A stretch of DNA of 64,000 bases, taken from assembly GCA_030431515.1 (NCBI GenBank), contig JAUIIX010000002.1, positions 14,936 through 78,935 of the forward strand. Direction: 5' to 3'. Origin of the DNA: a bacterium. Lineage in GTDB: Bacteria; Bacteroidota; Ignavibacteria; Kapaibacteriales; UBA2268. A program made the translations under genes and the position numbers. Numbering within the stretch: the stretch's first letter is position 1; each line of letters begins with the position of its first letter. The notes under the pieces are model-generated. The model did no database searches, was not told the origin of the DNA, and saw only the letters and a program-made list of their open reading frames with translations. Below, one piece after another: positions 60,779-64,000 of this stretch.

Positions 60779-61444
60779 ATGAAATACATAATATTATTAT
60801 CAATTATTTGCATTAATATTTTAAATGCAAAGCCAGAAGAAATAGATTCAAATGCTACGCCAAAATACTATTATATGGGATTATCAGCAGGTCCAACTTT
60901 TAGTAATTTAAGAACAAATATTGAAAATATTGATATAGAAATGGGAACTTCATATAGTTTGGGATATCATTTATATCAATATTTAGATAAATCTAAGAAA
61001 CATAGTTTAGTTTCTAAAGTAAATATAAGTTCAAGAAAAGTTATTTTTACTGTTCCAGATATTTTAGATTTGACTTTACCTAAAAAAGAATATTCAGAAA
61101 TAAATAGATCCTTTGATATTTCTATGGCTTATAAAAGACAGTTATTAAAATTTAATAAAAATTCTTTTTACGGTATTGGTGGACTATATTATTCCTATCT
61201 ATTAGAATCTCTTGGCGAAGAAAATAGTTCATATATTACTACAAAAGAATATAAATCTTATGATTTAGGTATATTAGCTGGATTAGGATACGAAATAGAG
61301 TTTAATAGCTTTATACTTGGTTTAGAGTATTCATATATGCACGGTTTTGTAAATAAACTTGACAATGATAATAGTTATTTAAAAAATCAAACTCATCTAA
61401 TCAATTTTGTCTTTACAATGAAGCATTCTTTTCAGAAGAAATAA
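60779..61444 (+). CDS. Outer-membrane beta-barrel (porin family/PorT-like) protein
   Basis: Signal peptide, GLSAGPTFS, GGLYYSYLL, DLGILAGLGYE, LEYSYMHG. Confidence 0.7.
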   Translation: MKYIILLSIICINILNAKPEEIDSNATPKYYYMGLSAGPTFSNLRTNIENIDIEMGTSYSLGYHLYQYLDKSKKHSLVSKVNISSRKVIFTVPDILDLTLPKKEYSEINRSFDISMAYKRQLLKFNKNSFYGIGGLYYSYLLESLGEENSSYITTKEYKSYDLGILAGLGYEIEFNSFILGLEYSYMHGFVNKLDNDNSYLKNQTHLINFVFTMKHSFQKK

Positions 61445-61621
61445 GAACATTTTAAATTTTCATTTATTCGATGTAATTGTAAATTTGCCTTCACTACTTT
61501 ATCATTTTTCTATATTACTTCACTTTCTGTATAATCACTATATTCCATGATTCTAACAAATATAAATTTGTTTACTCCCAATTATTCACTATTTTTATAA
61601 ATACAGGAGTTTAATATTTTG

Positions 61622-61762
61622 AATTGCCACCTGCTTTAGCTGGTAGATAATTATAATCTACAACATAATGGCTTTAGCCAAATACTAACCATTTAATTTT
61701 GTAAAATACATAATTCTGAATAAACCAAAAAAAAAGTGAACACAACTTTGCGTTCACTTTTT
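61622..61762. repeat. REP-like elements; last one may act as pyrE terminator
   Basis: GCCACCTGCTTTAGCTGGTAG..GGCTTTAGCC and AAAAAGTGAACACAACTTTGCGTTCACTTTTT (61731..61762). Confidence 0.6.
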
Positions 61763-61786
61763 AAATTTGTTGGACTTCAATATTTC

Positions 61787-62326
61787 TTACTTTACTGCGT
61801 TTTTCAATTCAGTCATTGTAAATAAGGAAAATAATTCAATTCCGTGTTCGGCTAATTTTTCTCTTCCACCAGCTTCACGGTCAATCACACAAACTGCTTT
61901 ATTAACTATTGCACCTCTATCTCTAAGGTCATTAGTTGAGATTATTATTTGCCCGCCACTTGTTACCACATCTTCTACGATTAGTAATTCTTTTTCGGCG
62001 ATTAATGGACCTTCAGCTAATTTTGCAGTTCCGTATTCCTTTGCTTCTTTGCGGACAAAAACCATACTTTTTTTATTCATCATTGCCATAGCAGTAGCAA
62101 TTGGTATTCCACCCATTTCTAAAGCCGCTAAGTAATCAAAGTCAAAGCCACTAATCAAATGGTTCAACTGAATAGCAATAGACGCTAATAGCTCAGGATT
62201 AGACTCAAATTGATATTTGTCAAAATATTCATTGCTTATTACACCACTTCTTAACTTAAACTCACCTGTGATATGAGCAATATTAAAAACATGCTTCGCT
62301 AAATCTTTTTTTTGTAATTCATTCAT
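61787..62326 (-). CDS. pyrE: Orotate phosphoribosyltransferase
   Basis: GEFKLRSG..S.EYFDK, VRKEAKEYGT, IVEDVVTSGG, VIDRE.GG. Confidence 0.92.
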   Translation of the reverse strand: MNELQKKDLAKHVFNIAHITGEFKLRSGVISNEYFDKYQFESNPELLASIAIQLNHLISGFDFDYLAALEMGGIPIATAMAMMNKKSMVFVRKEAKEYGTAKLAEGPLIAEKELLIVEDVVTSGGQIIISTNDLRDRGAIVNKAVCVIDREAGGREKLAEHGIELFSLFTMTELKNAVK

Positions 62327-62328
62327 TA

Positions 62329-62856
62329 TTAATTCTCTTTCTCAAAATCTTTATATAACATAGATGCTTGTATTCCACTATTTTTCTGATATTTACCACC
62401 TTCATAAGAAGTATATTCACCTTCTATTGTGTGATAGAAAATTTGACAAATTTCTACATTTGGATATATCTTAATTGGTTGAACACAAAGCATTTCCAAA
62501 GTCCAGAACCCAGAAAAACCAACATCACCAAATCCAGCAGTTATATGGATAAACAAACCTAACCTACCAATAGAAGAACGACCTTCGAGCATCGGCACTA
62601 AATTATTAGTTTCAGTATATTCTAAAGTTCTACCAAGATATAATTTCCCTGTTTCTAACATCAAGCCATCTTCTGGAATTATCAATTTAGAAGCAGTATT
62701 TGGTTTTTTCATATCCAAAACTTCATTATCATAAACTAACAATTCATTATGTAATCGAAGATTGTAACTATTTGGATTTAATTGCTTTTCGGAATATGGA
62801 TTGATTTTAATATCATCACCAATTCTTTTCTTTATTTCTACGCCTGATAAAATCAT
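62329..62856 (-). CDS. dcd: dCTP deaminase
   Basis: LNPNSYNLRL, EGRSSIGRLGL, TAGFGDVGFSG..TLE, KYQ. Confidence 0.92.
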   Translation of the reverse strand: MILSGVEIKKRIGDDIKINPYSEKQLNPNSYNLRLHNELLVYDNEVLDMKKPNTASKLIIPEDGLMLETGKLYLGRTLEYTETNNLVPMLEGRSSIGRLGLFIHITAGFGDVGFSGFWTLEMLCVQPIKIYPNVEICQIFYHTIEGEYTSYEGGKYQKNSGIQASMLYKDFEKEN

Positions 62857-63002
62857 TTTAAATTTATATTTTTTTTATTAATTTCAAATTGCAATTTAAC
62901 TAAATTTTTAAAGTTATAAAATTATTTGTTAGTTTTTCGATGGATATTTAACTAAAAAAATATAATTTTGAAATATTAAAAGTAATAAAAAAGAAAAAAA
63001 GT

Positions 63003-63311
63003 ATGATAAAACATATTGTAATGATGAAGTTCTTAGATGAAGCAGACGGAAGAGCAAAAGCAGAAAATTTGAAAATTGCAAAATCGATAATTGATAACTT
63101 TGCTCCAAAAATAGCTGAAATAAAAGAAATGAAGTGTGGAATAAATTTTTACAATTTAGACAGCCCTAAAGCGTTTGATATAGTAATAGATTCTGTTTTT
63201 GAAACGGTTGAGGATATTGAAACATATAGAATTCATCCTTTGCACCAAGAATTAGTAGATTTTTTAAATAAAGTACGTGATACTACATATTATGTAGATT
63301 ATAAGTTGTAA
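63003..63311 (+). CDS. Dabb family (stress-responsive A/B barrel) protein
   Basis: MIKHIVMMKF, Y.IHP.H, VDY. Confidence 0.88.
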   Translation: MIKHIVMMKFLDEADGRAKAENLKIAKSIIDNFAPKIAEIKEMKCGINFYNLDSPKAFDIVIDSVFETVEDIETYRIHPLHQELVDFLNKVRDTTYYVDYKL

Positions 63312-63313
63312 TT

Positions 63314-64000
63314 ATGGAAGAAATCTCACTCGAAAAATTAATTAAATCCAAAAATCCAAAGGTATTCGAAAAATACCCTAAGATTGTATTAAACTCTGCA
63401 TTTGCTATAATTGGGAAAATACTACATCTTAAAGAAGTAAATGAGTTTAATAGAAATTCAATAGATTTGAAAGACTTAGACTATACGAATGCATTATTTA
63501 AAAAGTTAAATTTTGGATATAGTTTTAAAGAAGAAGATTTAGAGAAAATCCCCAAAACTGGAAAATTAGTAATTGTAGCCAATCATCCACTCGGTGCTTT
63601 AGACGGACTGAGTATAGTAGAGATGATTCGCAAAGTTAGACCTGACGCAAAAATTGTAGTCAACGATTTACTAAGCAATTTAGATAATCTTGAAGGGATA
63701 TTCTTGCCTGTTGATTTGTATAATACCAAATCGCAAAGGGAAAATTTGATAAGTATCAGTAAAATGATGAAAGAAGAAAAATGTGTGATATTTTTTCCAG
63801 CAGGTAAAGTTTCACGATTAACTAATGGGAAAATTCGTGATCCCAAGTGGAATAAAGGTGCAGTTACAATTGCACGGAAATTTAATTCACCGATTTTACC
63901 AATTTTTATTTCAGGACGAAATACTTACACCTTTTATATCTTAACGAAAATCAAAGACATATTTGCTACATTCTTGTTACCACGTGAAATGTTCAAAAAA
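63314..64000 (+). CDS. Lysophospholipid/PlsC-type acyltransferase (runs off right edge)
   Basis: Not in ORF track; hand translation MEEISLEKLIKSKNPK...VANHPLGALDG...IFFPAGKVS...PILPIFI.GRN. Confidence 0.85.
   Translation, partial: MEEISLEKLIKSKNPKVFEKYPKIVLNSAFAIIGKILHLKEVNEFNRNSIDLKDLDYTNALFKKLNFGYSFKEEDLEKIPKTGKLVIVANHPLGALDGLSIVEMIRKVRPDAKIVVNDLLSNLDNLEGIFLPVDLYNTKSQRENLISISKMMKEEKCVIFFPAGKVSRLTNGKIRDPKWNKGAVTIARKFNSPILPIFISGRNTYTFYILTKIKDIFATFLLPREMFKK

Noticed and set aside
7404-63846. Short antisense or overlapping ORFs in the track (7404, 9517, 20057, 22651, 23009, 23840, 30772, 32822, 34901, 36518, 38523, 39117, 40811, 41745, 44577, 47525, 49050, 49196, 53535, 54550, 55266, 61767, 62368, 63583)
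   Set aside because: They overlap well-supported genes on the opposite strand or in another frame, mostly have non-ATG starts and show no motifs; treated as shadow ORFs

Overview
AT-rich bacterial chromosomal window, most likely from a non-Bacteroidia member of the Bacteroidota/Chlorobiota lineage (Kapabacteria/Ignavibacteria-like). This is inferred from many T9SS-type C-terminal sorting domains, a Bacteroides-type serine palmitoyltransferase and real Shine-Dalgarno usage. Housekeeping genes (rny, zapA, 6S RNA, tRNA-Pro, queF/queD, coaE, icd, serS, mnmG, murA, pyrE, dcd) are interspersed with several families of REP-like palindromes. Two loci stand out. (1) 55347-60638 is a compact, apparently intact 9-gene operon of Mu-like head genes (protease/scaffold, major capsid, DUF2190 decoration protein, gp36 adaptor, portal) plus a lysis cassette. 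It is in permuted order and has no terminase, tail, integrase/transposase, repressor or replication genes, making it a candidate domesticated tail-less capsid or GTA-like system. It sits next to an orphan C5 methyltransferase whose cognate restriction gene survives only as a 50-codon stub. (2) 2708-18466 is a co-oriented cluster of five T9SS cargo proteins, including a ~2750-aa Pmp-like beta-helix/propeller adhesin, cohesin-like proteins and a protein with a split dockerin-like motif, suggesting a cellulosome-like non-enzymatic surface scaffold. All family assignments were made by eye from motifs; no database searches were run.
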